Assembly: GCA_013239625.1 (NCBI GenBank)
Contig: MU053513.1
Coordinates: 268,370 to 332,369 of the forward strand
Direction: 5' to 3'
DNA: 64,000 nucleotides
Source of the DNA: Lama guanicoe
Taxonomy: Eukaryota
The notes beneath the pieces are model-generated. The model had not been told where the DNA came from and searched no databases. It worked only from the letters and a program-made list of their open reading frames with translations. Position numbers and translations under genes: made by a program. This document shows positions 1 through 13,399 of this stretch, in pieces (the first letter of the stretch is position 1; the number at the start of each line of letters is the position of its first letter).

Positions 1-253
1 CAGTCCACATACGATACCAATTGTCAATAATGTGAATGAGCCATCTTGAATTTGCAAGCCTTGAGCTAGTCTTCTTATGGTTCCTGACCCAGCCAACATC
101 AAAATGAAATCACAGGAGATCCTACATGAAAACTATCCAGCTGAGTCTGGTGAACTGTCAGAACCATGAGAGAGAACAATTAATCCTTTGAAGGGATTAA
201 GATTTGGAGTGTTGTTTTGTTTTATTTTTAATGCAAGAATAGATAACCAAACA
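1..253 (+). mobile_element. MaLR LTR (MLT1F/G/H-like), 3' part, cut by window edge
   Basis: gtgaatgagccatcttg...ccagctgag...cagaaccatgagagag...gatttggagtgttg...atagataaccaaaca matches the typical MLT1 3' end. Confidence 0.75.
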
Positions 254-269
254 ACTACATTCCTAACCT

Positions 270-600
270 CCTCTAGAGTTCAATTATGACTGTAGCTATA
301 TGACCATGTTCTGGCCAATGGAATGGGTACTGAAGATGTTAAAAACTATTATCTGACTTGGCCCAAAATAATGTTCATGTAGTCTAATACCCTTACTCTT
401 TTTCCTTACTTGGGAGTTGATGACCAGGATGACCCAGAAACCACACAGAGAAGAATTCAAAGTTTAAGTCAGGCTGGGTCCTTGAATGGAGTCCCAACCA
501 CCAGCACAAATGAGACTTAGACTTGCTTGGCTAAGCAGTACATTTTTCTTGGGTCAAACAATATTTGAGGGTCTATGTTCTAGCAGGTAGAGTTAGTTTA
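270..600 (+). mobile_element. Old MaLR LTR fragment (MLT1J-like)
   Basis: tgaccatgttctggccaatggaatg and gctgggtccttgaatg motifs typical of MLT1J-type LTRs. Confidence 0.5.
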
Positions 601-2659
601 TATAATGTGATATTCTGGCATGTTCCTGAAACTCTTAACCCTTTAACTTCCTTGTCTGTGTAAAGGAGATAATAGTCCCTGACCCTCATGCCTCACTGAG
701 TTCCTGTAGATAACAATTTCATACTGGTTCTTAAGATGACTTTTAAACTGAAAAGAAGAATAAAATAGCAATCATATTGATAATGATCCCTCTAGTTTTT
801 GAAACAAAGTATTTTAGAAGGGTTACACAGTACAGATTTTGGAATCAGATGTGTTTGATTCATCGGTCATTACTGTGTGACCTGGGAAGTTATTTGGGGT
901 TTTTTATTTGATTTAATAAGATTATAATATATAATTGGCCATAATTAGAACCTATTAGTATTCAACATATATCCATTTACTTCTTCTTAAAAATAAATGT
1001 ATCAGTTCCTGGGAAGAAAAGTTATTAGCACCCAATAGTAGGAATTCTAGTTTACTGTCAGCTTAAGAACTCATAACTGATCTGACAAATCATCACTCGA
1101 CTTCAGTTTTCCTTGATTTGGCTTAATTCATTCTTTTTTGTTGGTAGCAACTGGAGAAACAATGAATGAATGAATGTAAAATTTGAGGAAGAAAGAAAAA
1201 GATCCAATATTTTACACTAACCTTAGCAAAAATAGTATGATATTTTTCTCCACCAATGTAATAAGTAATTAAGTAATTATGCATAAATAGAAAAGCTAGG
1301 TAATTTAGGGAAGGCATTTGTCATGAGGGTACATGGCTAGAGAGATCAACATTTTTCTGTCAAACAAAATCCATAAGGGAGAAAGAGTTCTAATTCAAGA
1401 AATGCATTTCAGCTACAATCCGGAACAAAGGTTATGTAAAATAAAGAGATTTAGCTCAGAGGACATATGTAGTTAAAGGAGATAGTTTTGAGATGAAGAA
1501 AGAAATATAATAGCCAATTAACTGTAGACTCTATATCTATCCAATGCAGAATGCAGCAAATTTTTTTTTTTTTTAGTTTGAAGTGGTAGTATATAGTATA
1601 TTGCCAATAGCTTGTGACTCCACCTGAATAAAACATTTTAACATGTTTTTTTTTTTACAATATTTTTAATTGGAAAGATACATTACTCATTTAATATCTC
1701 TTTATCTCTGTTTCGTAATTACCTTGAAAACGGGAGTCCATATGGCAGATGAGCAATATTGAATAAAAATAACTGACTAGCTTGCCAGAAACAGTGATGT
1801 TATGGTGAAAAGATTCACACATTACATAATTCATGATTTTTATGGGAGACATAGGGTTAGTTATAAGAATTGTTTTGAGTTTAGAGTCTAACCAAGATAT
1901 GCCACTGTTTCAAAATGAATAATGCAGATAACATCTACCCTTCATGAACTACAGAGCAGAGAAAACAGCTATCTAAAACATCTCATTAGGGAAAAAAAAT
2001 GAATTGTGAGGAACATTCCAGCACCTTGATGGAGAATCTTGAAAGTCTTTTTTCTTTTTCTCTTCTCAATTTATTTGTAAAAACAAGTTTGCACATTTTC
2101 TAAAGCCTTTGAGAAATTAAAAGCTAATTGAACAGAATGATCCTTTTCCCCCTTCTTTTCAGATAAGCTGATAAAATATTTTATCATGAAGTTTTATATA
2201 GCACAAATGATGCAGACTATCAAGATGATAAGACTGTCAAAATAAATAAATAAAAAGCTTATGCCTGGGAGAGACACAATGAGCCCAACTCATTACAGCA
2301 TCCTTCTTAGCACAAGACTGGAGTTTGCCTGGTGTCAGCACTTCCTCCACTCCTGCTTCTGTTGATAACACGAATGGAATTATAAAGATTCGTTTCAGAT
2401 TCCAGCTCAGACTTAAACAAATAAAGTATACTTTTTATGGTCAGCTATTTGGGAAATGGAGTACATGAAGCATGATTGCTCAAACCAAAAAAGTAAGGCA
2501 TTCTCTCCCTCCCCCTAACTGCTGCCTCAAAAAGACGAATTTATTTCTTCTCTATAATTTGATTTTACTGATTTTGCAGAATTTATTAATGGTTAATAAC
2601 AATTATACGTATATAAGGAAGATATTCTAAATGGTACTTAGAGCTGCTGTCCAAAAATC

Positions 2660-3700
2660 TCTGTCAACATTGTTTGGGCATGGTTTAAAAATCCAGACAT
2701 TACAGACAGATGTGAAAAGAATTTAAAAAGTCTACCTCACTGCATAGCTTTCAAAACAGGTATGCTGTTACCAACATATTTGTGTGTGTGTGTATATACA
2801 TGGAATAATATTATATGCGCTATTCCACAGTTTTGGTTTTTTTCATTTAAGTGTATATTATTTCCATCTCTCTATACCAGCATATATATGTTGACAAGAT
2901 TCTTGACAATGGCTACATAATATTCTATTGAATGGACATGTCAAAATTAATTAATAAGTACTATAGAGATGAATGATGTTTGTAGTTTATGCTTCTCTTG
3001 CTATTATAAGCAGTGATTCATTGACTGTACTTATACAGATATGACACTACCTTCAAACTAGGATATGGATCCCTCAGCTATTTACATGTATTGTGTCAAA
3101 GGACCGTAACTTCCTTGTTAACCTCTTTCACTCCAGTCCCTAGAATACTCCTGTTTCATAGAGGAGTTCAGTAAATATTACATGTTGATAGTAACTACAC
3201 TTATGTAATTTGTGTGAATTCTAGCAGAGTAAATTCCTAGCAGTGTGATCTATGTCAGTTGGTACATGCATTTTTAATTTTAATAGATATTGCCAATTTT
3301 TCCTCCAAATAGTTGGCACCTGCAGTATGTGAAACTGCACATTTCTCCACTCCTTCACAAGCTCTGAATATTATCAAAACGTTTGCATGTTTCTATATGT
3401 AACTGGTAAAAATAAAATAATGAAGATACCTTATTTTTATTTGCATTTCTTAAATGATAAGTGAGATGGAAATATTTTCTAATGCTTACTGAGTATTTGT
3501 AATTATTTTTTATTCAACGTGCCTGTTGCTCTGGCAGGCTACTTTGCTTATTGCTCTTTAGGAATCCACTGTACATTGAAGTAGTTAGCTCATTGTCAGG
3601 CTTTTTCCTGGCGAATGTGTTTTTTCCCTGTGGTTTTCATTCTAATATTTGTAAGTTTTATCCTCTACATACATTATGTTATATACATTCTATTTTTTTC
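2660..3700 (-). mobile_element. Ancient L1 (L1ME-like) 3' region fragments
   Basis: tattctattgaatggacatg, aaattcctagcagtgtgat, atattgccaattttcctcc, tttccccactcc-like and ttgcatttcttaaatga motifs of antisense L1 ORF2 end/3'UTR. Confidence 0.65.
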
Positions 3701-3704
3701 TCCT

Positions 3705-3825
3705 ACAGAATTTATTTATGGAACATATACCTAGGGACTATCTTTACGTGGCAAGTACTCTTCTAGGTGCTTGGAATACATTACTGAACAAAACAAAGGT
3801 GTCTGTCCTTGCAGAAGAATAATCA
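3705..3825 (-). mobile_element. L2 LINE 3' end
   Basis: atttatttatggaacata...ttctaggtgcttggaatacattactgaacaaaacaaagg resembles antisense L2a tail. Confidence 0.6.
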
Positions 3826-4199
3826 TTATATCAGTAAATACGTTTGCTGATATCATCATAACATAGGAAATCCAGCTTAATTTTTTCTCCAATTGGGTAT
3901 TCTTGTCTTTCATAAAAAGTCTACTGGATTATTCCCATTAATTAGAAGTATCCTTTCCATCATAAATTAAATGTATTTTGATCTATTTATAACTCCCTAC
4001 TCTGTCTCAACTTCGTATTTAGTGATATGAAATCTAGTAGATTCAAAATACATTTTAATATGTAGAAGTACTACATTTTAAATCTTCCTTGTTTATAAAA
4101 TATAAATTTTATTTTCCAAGATTTCCTTGTGTACATTTATATTTATTATCTGAATAAATCTCAGTACTGCTTTTTCACTTACTAATGCTGAGAAGTGTC

Positions 4200-4450
4200 C
4201 CTTTTACTGATATGTTGTAATTCACATGTTCATTCACCAATGGAGAAACATTTATGTTGTTTCTAATTTTTGTATGTTATTAACAAAGGTGTTAGGAATA
4301 TTTATACATAAATCTTTGTTTGGACATGGATTTTCATTTCTCTTGGGAAAATTATGATTGATAGGTCATATGTTGTGTCTTTCATGTTACAAGGAACTGC
4401 CAAACTCTCTTGCAAAATTGTTGCACTATTTTATATTCCTACCAGCAATA
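4200..4450 (-). mobile_element. L1 fragment (ORF2 end/3'UTR)
   Basis: tggacatggattttcatttctcttggg...ggaactgccaaactc...attcctaccagcaatatatg. Confidence 0.65.
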
Positions 4451-6032
4451 TATGTCTGGTTGATACTGCATATTTTTTAACCATAGGAATTTACACACTC
4501 TCTAAATGTATATTTGTAGAGTTGTATAAAGTTTTACAAAGAAAGAGGATGGATCTCTTTTTATTTAGCCTAGCACAATCCCAGACATGCCATAGGCACA
4601 TCATTCTTTGTTAACATACAACAAATTGAATCCAAATATTGACTTTGAAGTTGATGTGAGAATATGTTTCTAGATTAAAAAAATAATAATAACCTAATCT
4701 CTTAAGTTTGATGGTTTACACAGCTAGTAACTGAAGAGGCCAGGCCTTGCCTAAATGCATTTCTAAGCCAGGTGAGCGGCTGCACATGCTTATGTGAGGA
4801 TGCTTGGCTGTAAAGTCAGTGTACAGAGTACTGCTCATGCAGCACACTCTCTTTTTCTCTTGGCCATCACATAAACTTCTAAACATACAGATAACCATAA
4901 TCAAAAAAGGTATTGATTTCAAAATGAGAAAATTATGCGAATGTTTAGAGATAATGAATTAAATCAAGGAGACAACCAGCTAAAGTACGTTGAAATGCTT
5001 ATGATAATGTCATTTACAGAAAATGTCACTAGAAACAATAATAAAGTCACTAATCAAACTACTCTTTTGTACCAGAATATGAGAAATGTTTATGTAAAAC
5101 AGCTAAATAGTGACTTAGGACCCATCATTCCACTGAAAACCTCCTTACTTTACTGTCTTTTTCTACAAATCCGTTTTTCTTAGGAGGGTAAAAAGAAAAA
5201 GAGCAGATGTTTATTGAATAGAATTGTGTTTTACATGATGTTTTTATACCCATGGCAACACTGAGCAGTCCAAGAAGTGACTTACTGAATAAAAATAGCC
5301 ACGATTATCTGCTTAGTCACAAGACAGAAACAGCATTTGGCATTATAAAAAATGTGTTTGAAGAGATGAAGCACTCTGAGAAAATGTGGAAATCATTAAT
5401 AATGTCATCAGGAGCTACTTTATTAAGTGCATAGCATGACACTGGTATTAGAGTATTTCTTTATGTACCATGAGATCTGTAACATCTGCCTAGAGAATCA
5501 TTGTAAACTGTCATCAATTTACTGACATATATTAGGGCCAGTTCTTGAAACAATTGCAGAACTTTTTCTTCCTCTTTACTCTGAAATCTCTAATAGACAT
5601 GAATTCATGGCTTACTATGAGCCCCCAAAAGGAAAATAAAACTCCAAAAGAATACCAGTATTCTTCGTAATTTCTTTCACGTGTGGATTGCGTGTGTAAT
5701 ATTTGCTACCTTTTTAATTCATGCCTTTGACGAGAACTGCTATTTTAGTAATTTTATGCTCTTAGCTCAAAATATTCAACAAGCTAAAAGTTTTTAGTGT
5801 ATGTGCTGAAGAGGAGAGCCCAAATGATTAAAACGACATTATTTGACAGAGCATGTCAATTCTCAAATACTAGATATTGACAGTCAGTTAGTTACCGGTG
5901 GATCTTCCCTATAATTCAAAGGTTTTGCATACTCACTGTTTAGATTTAAATGTCTATGTCTTTAGAGAGAAAGAAGATGACTTGTACTCATTAGTTTTTA
6001 AATTTCCTTTACTCTCCCATCAGATTCCTCTC

Positions 6033-6126
6033 TATAACTGAATCACTATGCTGTACACCAGAAATTAACACAACATTGTAAACCAACTATACTTCAATAA
6101 AAAAATGCGATACAATAAAATAAAAA
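6033..6126 (+). mobile_element. 5'-truncated artiodactyl-type L1 3' terminus with A-rich tail
   Basis: tataactgaatcactatgctgtacaccagaaattaacacaacattgtaaaccaactatacttcaataaaaaaa. Confidence 0.85.
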
Positions 6127-6644
6127 GAAGTAGAAAACTAGATGAAAGAGCCATTGACACAAAATCTGAGCACTTAGTTTTCTGAATATTTCAATTCATA
6201 CACAAACTCTGTAGGATAGTGGAAATTCAGGATAAAAGTTGTGAAAGGGTAAAACAGGTTTTTATCTTCATGCAAAGGTATATGCTAATCTTCAGGTGCA
6301 CCAAAGAAATGTTTTCATTTGAAGATGGATTTATTTATGCCTTGCCAATTAACTGTCTTGAACAAAATCAGAAGAAAAACAGATATATGATAGCTAAGGA
6401 AATAAAGATCAGTAGGTAAACAGGACTGAGGCACATAGGAGATGTAAGAGAAAGAGCACTTGAATTAGTCTGGAGAAAAGGGGACAGTGGCCAATTTCAA
6501 GTTAAGGTGGTGGAAGTGGTGGTTACATACAGTCTTTCAAAGAAATTCCAATAACCTGCACATTTAATGTGAGTCTTCTACTAAAAAAATCCACGTGTAC
6601 TGAGACACCCTGCCATTGGTGATAGTGTTGAATTTAATTATATA

Positions 6645-6864
6645 CAGTTGAGCCTTGAACAACATGAATTTGAACTGTGTGGATCCACTTATAGCCAGAT
6701 TTTTTTCAAAAGTAAATAATAAATACTACAATACTATAGATCCATGGTTGTTTGAATCTGTGGCTATGGAACTATGGATACAGAGAGTCAACTATAAACT
6801 ATACTTGAATTTTCTGTGCAGAGGGTCAGTGCCCATAACGCCCAAGTTGTTCAAGGGTCAAGAG
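6645..6864 (+). mobile_element. Tigger2-derived MITE (Tigger2a/MER8-like, TcMar-Tigger)
   Basis: TIRs cagttgagccttgaacaac ... gttgttcaagggtcaa, preceded by TA; internal ggatccacttatag motif. Confidence 0.85.
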
Positions 6865-7944
6865 TGTTTTAAAAGACAATGAATTACCTTTCTCAGGTGT
6901 TTTTCTTCTAAAATGTTGTTACATCATATATCATCTCGTTTTGTTTTTATATATTATTGACATTAGATCTAACCCAGTTTTTCACATATGAAATGTCAAT
7001 TTCATAACTAACATACATTCTCCTGTAAATAATTCTAAAGTTGTGTTTAAAAGTTCTAGTACTAGAACTTTTACTTAAATAGCAATTCCTTTTCTAGGTA
7101 AGGTCATCTTTCCTTCTACGTTTTAGGGGGGATATCCTAGTCAGCTATAGAATGTGACTCTTATTTTTACATTTAATGTAACTTTTTATCAACAAAACTT
7201 AGCAGTGTCTGGGTCAGGGTAGAAAAGGAAACATTTTTGAGTCAAGAGAGCTGTTAAAGTCAATTCGAGTGAGATTCTTAAGGACAGAGATTTTGTATGA
7301 ATCAAATGACTGGTAAATGAAGAAACCAAATCAGTGTTGTGAGCTGAATGGTGATGAAACTGACACATAAGCATATAAATAGACTCACCTAACTGTTTAT
7401 AACTTAAAATCTGGGGTATTTTCTCTTTGTTCGCAATGCTATACCTTATATTGCAGAGTATTTCTCTTATTTCTTCATTTATTTAACCAAACTATGCAAT
7501 TATACTATAAATTATTCAATTTGCAGTTCAGTGAATGTGTCCTTTGTATGGTTTTCCCCTGAGCCATGCTAAGTTTCTAAGTATATGGATTTTTCTATTT
7601 CTTATGCTGCATTTCCCAGATACATGAGCTATATGCTTAAATGAGCACACATGTAAGAAGTACTTTTTGATTACAAATACTGGATTTATAAAGAATAGTA
7701 AAATAACCTCTCAATGGTTCAAGTCTTGCTGTCAAACATGAGAATTTAATCAATTTTGGATTTGATAGCCTACCATTTTTTTCTAACAGCTTTTCTCCTT
7801 GAGCTCTGATTTAACCTAATAAGAATTTATTTAAATGTTACTGTATGTCTTGTAGTACACACAGACATGAAAGTGCATCACAAAGATATATTGCCATCTA
7901 ACTAGACACAAAAAAGAGACTACCTACAAAAAAATAACTCAGAG

Positions 7945-8530
7945 GTTTCCTTACCTCTGACCTCAATCTCCCTGATGTATCTTATTCATTGATAATACAT
8001 TATGCTTCTTAAAACAAAGCTCCAGTCACAACTCCCTGCTCAAAGATCTTCAAGGTTTATATTGATTGTAAATCCAATTAAGTATAAGTATCTCCATTAG
8101 GAATTAAAACCTTCAACAATATGATCCAACATATTTTCTATGTAACTTCTCTCTCTTCCCCTTATACAGCTATAAGATAGATACACTAGAAATTTCTTAT
8201 TTTTCCCAACTTCTCAGCAAAAGTTCTTTTCTTTACTTGCTTCTTTTTTGTTCTATATGCCTTCTGTCTGGCCTTAGCCAATCTTTCAAGGCTTTCAAAT
8301 ATCATGTTTTCTTGGAGCTTCTCTCTACTTCCTTAAAATAAATACACTATTTATTTAACCTGAACTTTAATCCAACTTTTCACTTTTATTGTAGCCATAT
8401 TTTTCTTTCTGTGAAATTATTTTATCACCCATACTAGATTGCATTTTCCATTCTAGAGTATAGGGGATCAAAATATTGATTTTTGTACTTGAATTAAAAA
8501 ATTAATAAGAAGTATTCAGTAGGACGTATC
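7945..8530 (+). mobile_element. L2 LINE 3' fragment
   Basis: Pyrimidine-rich segment with cagtcacaactccctgctcaaagatcttcaa and atactagattg motifs of L2. Confidence 0.55.
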
Positions 8531-8627
8531 AAATCAAAGATCCATAAGAGATGCAGAAAGAGACATGATTAAAAGTGAAGCAAGATTGCTTCAAGACAAA
8601 ATTGTCATATAAAAAGTATCTGCTCAT

Positions 8628-8707
8628 GGGGGAAGAGGGTATAGCTCAGCGATAGACTGCGTGCCTAGCATGTACAAGGTCCTAGGTTCAATCCCCAAAA
8701 CCTCTAG

Positions 8708-8746
<39 letters not shown>

Positions 8747-8772
8747 ATACCTCCCTCCCCAACCAAGGGGGA
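8628..8772 (+). mobile_element. tRNA-derived SINE, camelid vic-1 type, with 16-bp TSD
   Basis: Head ggg..gagggtatagctcag (A box)...ggttcaatcccc (B box), internal (TAAA)n, exact TSD aaaaagtatctgctca at 8611-8626 and 8773-8788. Confidence 0.93.
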
Positions 8773-9120
8773 AAAAAGTATCTGCTCACATTGTTCTTCA
8801 ACCCTGTTCTGAATTCTAATTGTCGTAGTTGGAAAGAGCATATTTTAATCAGTTAAAAACCACATATGTATAACTGTAAGGAAGAAAAGCAGAAGGCAAG
8901 CTTGAGCAATAATGAGAATTTTTACTCTATTTGAATGGAAGAGAAGAAGTGGGCAATTATATATTTGCTGGGTAGTGTGTCATATTTGTTACATCACTGT
9001 GTTGAATTTAACTGTCTTCTGGAACAAAGAATTTGCATAGGAGATAATAAAGATGTAATAATGCCAGACTAGGAAGATCAGTTTAGAGATGGTTGATGCC
9101 ATGATGTGCTCTTTTGAGAA

Positions 9121-9326
9121 GACTTGCAGGATACTTGGTCCTGTCTAAAATGTCCATGAGACACCTGGTCTACACCAACAGGTTCCTGAAATTTGGTCCT
9201 ATCCAAAATGTCTATGAGCATATTCGGTCCAGCCAAATGGCTTTAGACAGGACCAAATATCAAGGACCTTTTGGTGTGGACCAAATGTCTTATAGACATT
9301 TTGAACAAGACCAAATGCTGCTAACC
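9121..9326. mobile_element. Palindromic (foldback) MITE-like element, family unassigned
   Basis: Arms 9121-9207 and 9242-9326 are inverted copies (about 67/87 aligned columns by hand); repeated ttggtc units; possible degenerate TSD ttgagaa/ttaagaa. Confidence 0.7.
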
Positions 9327-9339
9327 TTAAGAAGATTAA

Positions 9340-9740
9340 GCTTACACACAAAATAATTTATTTTCTATCTGACATAAAAGAAGTTTGCTGCTAAGGCTTC
9401 CAAGATAAGGGTATTACATGAAATTGTAAAGAATTCCATCTCCCTCTTTCAGGCTGCTCCACATTAGATTCCACATCATAATCCAGTGTCGCTGCCAGAA
9501 CTCCAAACATCATATGCATATTACAGCCAGCATCAAGGAGGAAGGGGTGAGGGAGAGTATTCTCTCGCTTTTAAAAGAAACATTTTAGAAATATGTCAAG
9601 ACATTTCTGATCAATGGCTATGTCCAATAGGACAATAAGCGCTATGTCCACTTCTAGCTAAAAGGGTATGGAGGGATGTCTTTATTCTAGATTGTCATAT
9701 GCCTAACTAACAGTCAAGAATTTTCTTACTATGGAAAGAG
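9340..9740 (-). mobile_element. MaLR LTR (MLT1J-like)
   Basis: gctatgtccacttctagctaaaaggg...gatgtctttattctag resembles antisense MLT1J. Confidence 0.55.
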
Positions 9741-12700
9741 AGAGCGTTCACTGAAGAATCTCTTGCAGGTTTAGTCAGAAAAAAACACTGAATTTTATAA
9801 GATATCTTTTGAAGTCACAGTGTATTTTTAGTAGAATGATACAAACAAAATTGTGGTGATAGTAGAGAGGGAACTGTTGGGAGAATGATATATAACATTT
9901 TCACTCAAGAAAGAAATTTGCCTAGGAAAGGAAAGCAAGAAACAGTAAGGTTTCTAGAGAGCATCTCAAGGTTAAGGGAAGAGAAGAGAACTTTGCACCT
10001 GTTAAGGAAGAGTGGCTGGAGCTATTAAGGCACTTTTGGGAAATCGAGGGGAGAAAGTCTAAGAAATATCTCCTGCAGGTAGATTTGAAAGGTCATATGC
10101 ACAGACTAAAGCACACTGAAATCAGGATGGTGATAGTTTGGTAGGTTTTGTCAGAGAGCCAGTACCTCCCCAATTTAACAACAGCACGAGTGATGCATTG
10201 TAAGTCAGGCTTAAAGGGAAGTAAAATTGTCCAGGTGGTACATGGATAAAGTTTGAAATACAGACATAGGAATTGAGTTCAGTGGTTCTCTAAATAAAAT
10301 CAAATTATGGAGCCTGTTTCTGTATATCCCTGGCTCTGCTGGGTAAGAATTTCTTCATCTAGTCTGAAGGAACTCACATTTTCATTAAGAAAGCACTTTA
10401 TTGAAGATTTTTACCTCACTTAGATTACCTGGATATTGCACCACTTAAAAAAATAAGCTCTCTTAGTAGTCATAGTGAAAACATGTATTTTACAAAACTG
10501 AAATTGGCTTTATACAGGCACTGTTATTTTTTAATTATGGATTTCTGGGGGGAAAAAATCTCTTCTTGAAAATCTTGTTGTCAGAGACAAATTCTTAGTT
10601 GGCTTTGGAATGTAATGTTGGCTTTCCAGGCAGAAAGCTAGTTATGTGAAGTGCTGAAAATTCACCACCAGTTTTTCTGGTAAAACTATAAATAACAGCG
10701 ATACTGTGCCTTGGGAAAACAAACACAGGCTCAAAACTTTATTAAAAGTTATTTTTTCCCCCTGAACTGCTGTGTAAATCACCTGTAGGATAAATCTCAT
10801 AACTTATGTTTTATCCTTAGCAGATACGGAAGAAGGTAATTGGTTTGTCTGTGTATCCACCCCCAAAATATCAACACAAAATATGTTTAGAAGTAGGGTG
10901 AGAAATCTCAAAAGATAGTTGGCAATATGCCTATTGGATTAGTTTTTAAAATGAAGTTAAAGATACAGCTATTAAATAACACTTTCCCAGCTTTTGTTTT
11001 CTGATTATTCCCTAATTGTATATAAAATAGGAATCTGACTTATTGTAATGTGAACTGTTCTCCGGTAGGTATTAATAGGAGTATGTTCTTTACATAATCT
11101 ATCCCACACAAGGTGAGCATATTGTTTAAGTAAAAAGAAAAATTTCATTTTATAATTGGTCAGAAACACCTGAGAAAGAGCTGTTCAGTTTTGAAAGTCA
11201 TCTGAGTGAATAAATCACCTACCCCACTTAGAAATCAAGCTATCACCAGAATGCCTTATTTCTCTGATTCAAAGTTTATCATTAAAAGTGAAATAAAATA
11301 AAAATTCAACACCAGAACAGAGCACTTAGGTGAAAGGAATGGACGAGAAAGACAAAGGGGAAATACAACTATAGTTACAAAACTCCAAGAAATGTGGTTT
11401 GTTTGTATGGGTTTTCTTTTCATTTACTCACTCTCACTTATATTCAGTGAATCTACTGGGAAAAATAAAAGCAAACGTTGTTTTCCTTAGTGTGTTTTTC
11501 TTTTGAATTTAATGAAATTAAATTCACTCTATATATTTCTGCCCCCAATCCCAGCAAGTCTAATCAAAAAGAATCCATTCACCAAAGGAGATGGGAGCAA
11601 ACACTGTATGAAAAGAAATGGTCAGATAATACATCACATGCCCACTGAAGGCTCACTTAGAATGAATTTTGGGGAACTAACCTAGAGAAAGAAGGCAGCT
11701 GTGCATGGAAGAGACTAGAATGTTGGCTCTTTTGAAATGGCAAGAGGAGGTGAGAGGAAATGACCCAGATTTTTGTTGGGCACTTGCTCTATGGTCTTTG
11801 AAGTGTCTTTACCTTGTTATAGAAATACTTGTTCCATTTTCTAATTTCTTTTGTTGCTCTGGAGATTTATGTTAGGAAGTGATAGAGGGACTCATGGTCA
11901 GGTTTTAGACAGGCAGCAAAGTTTTGGCTTGGCAATTACTAAGAAAAAGAGAAGGATTCAAGGGAATGACCTTTTTACATGATTTTGGAACTCTGAAAAG
12001 AACTGGGTTTGGGTATATTGATTAATTAGAAGTAAAGTAACAATTTCAGAATAAATGATTCTTTTATAACAAATGTCTCATTGCATTGTACTTCTTTACT
12101 TACATTTCTGTCTTTCTCATGAGACTCTTAGATCTTCACAGAAAATAATGCAGCACATTCATTTTTTTGAAATTCCCCAACCTGACATCAAAATGCTTGG
12201 CAAAATGTTTGTGTAATAAATTAACCTAGACGTGTTTTCCATATTGTCTTCCACTTTCTGTTTTGCTCCTTTTTATAGGTTCTTTCTTCTACAATTAACT
12301 CTTATTTAGATTTTTACTTCTGATGAATTTAACTACAGATATAATTTTATAAGATAACAGTGAGCAAATATAGATTATATATAGCAGGAGTAAGAGAATA
12401 AGAATGGATATAAAAACCGCTTTTTATGAGCAAACAGTACATAAATGAATCTACACCAATGCAGTGGCAGACATGAGCATGGTCTTCACATCCTTCAAGG
12501 GCTGCATTTTGCAGGAGCACAAAGTCTGCACCTACCAGCAAAAGATACAAGAACATAGATCCATGTGACACTTCGTTACCCAAATTTGGAGCAGTTGCTT
12601 TTTAAGGTGTAAGATTCCTTCTCTGGTGGGGTAAAATGGAGACTGGATAGCTTGCTTAAAGGGATATTCTCAAGAACATTCCTTCCTGCAGTTGGAGAAA

Positions 12701-13399
12701 TAATTTGCTGATTCTCATACCTATTTCTCTTAGGTATAGCAGTTACCTCATCACTTGTCCAAATGCTAACCACCTCATAATGTTTAATTTTGACACAGAC
12801 ATCTAACAAACTACATACATTCACAACGTGTACTTTTGACAACTACTCTGCTAGATCTTGGGGAATATAGGGAAGAATAAAATTATTTTTTCCTTCTGGA
12901 TATTCATTGTTTAGAGAGAGAGGACAGATAAATAATACACATTCAGGATGCAGTGAGTACGACATAAATAATCTAGTCCTCATTTTTTTTTCTCTTCTGA
13001 ACACCGTTTCTGGCAAAAATGTCGTTGTTTTTGTGGATTTGGATGGAAAATGTACATATCCACTCTTTTCAGATCTCCTGGGTTTCTTTATGTTCTGTTC
13101 TCAAAAAAAGAAAACTCCTGTTAAAAATCTCATGGTAAAGAAGAACTTTTGATTAATCAGACAACGTGAGCATGTTTGTTTCAGGGAACAGAGTCTACTT
13201 CCATATACATCCACTGAATTTTCTAGAATCCAACTCTGACATATAGCAATAGATGGTAACTCAACCAAGGTGGAGAAAAGATGTGCAAAAAAGGGGTAAC
13301 AAAGTCAATACAAATTTATTTGATGAATGATAACTTATTTGTTCAGAAAAGCTAAATATTTCCCATGATATTATAATGCATTCTTTATATGCAAAAATC

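Noticed and set aside
8628..8705. tRNA-Ala gene (also at 57165-57240)
   Set aside because: tRNA-like head is followed by SINE body, simple-repeat tail and TSD, so it is a SINE
9121..9326. CRISPR-like repeat array or the 80-aa ORF 9114..9356
   Set aside because: Eukaryotic context; the repeats are inverted and degenerate with no unique spacers; the ORF has no ATG start and no recognisable homology
10821..10835. 15-nt plus-strand microexon (ccttAG|cagatacggaagaag|GTAATT)
   Set aside because: No host coding gene identified, no upstream UGC motif; such matches arise by chance
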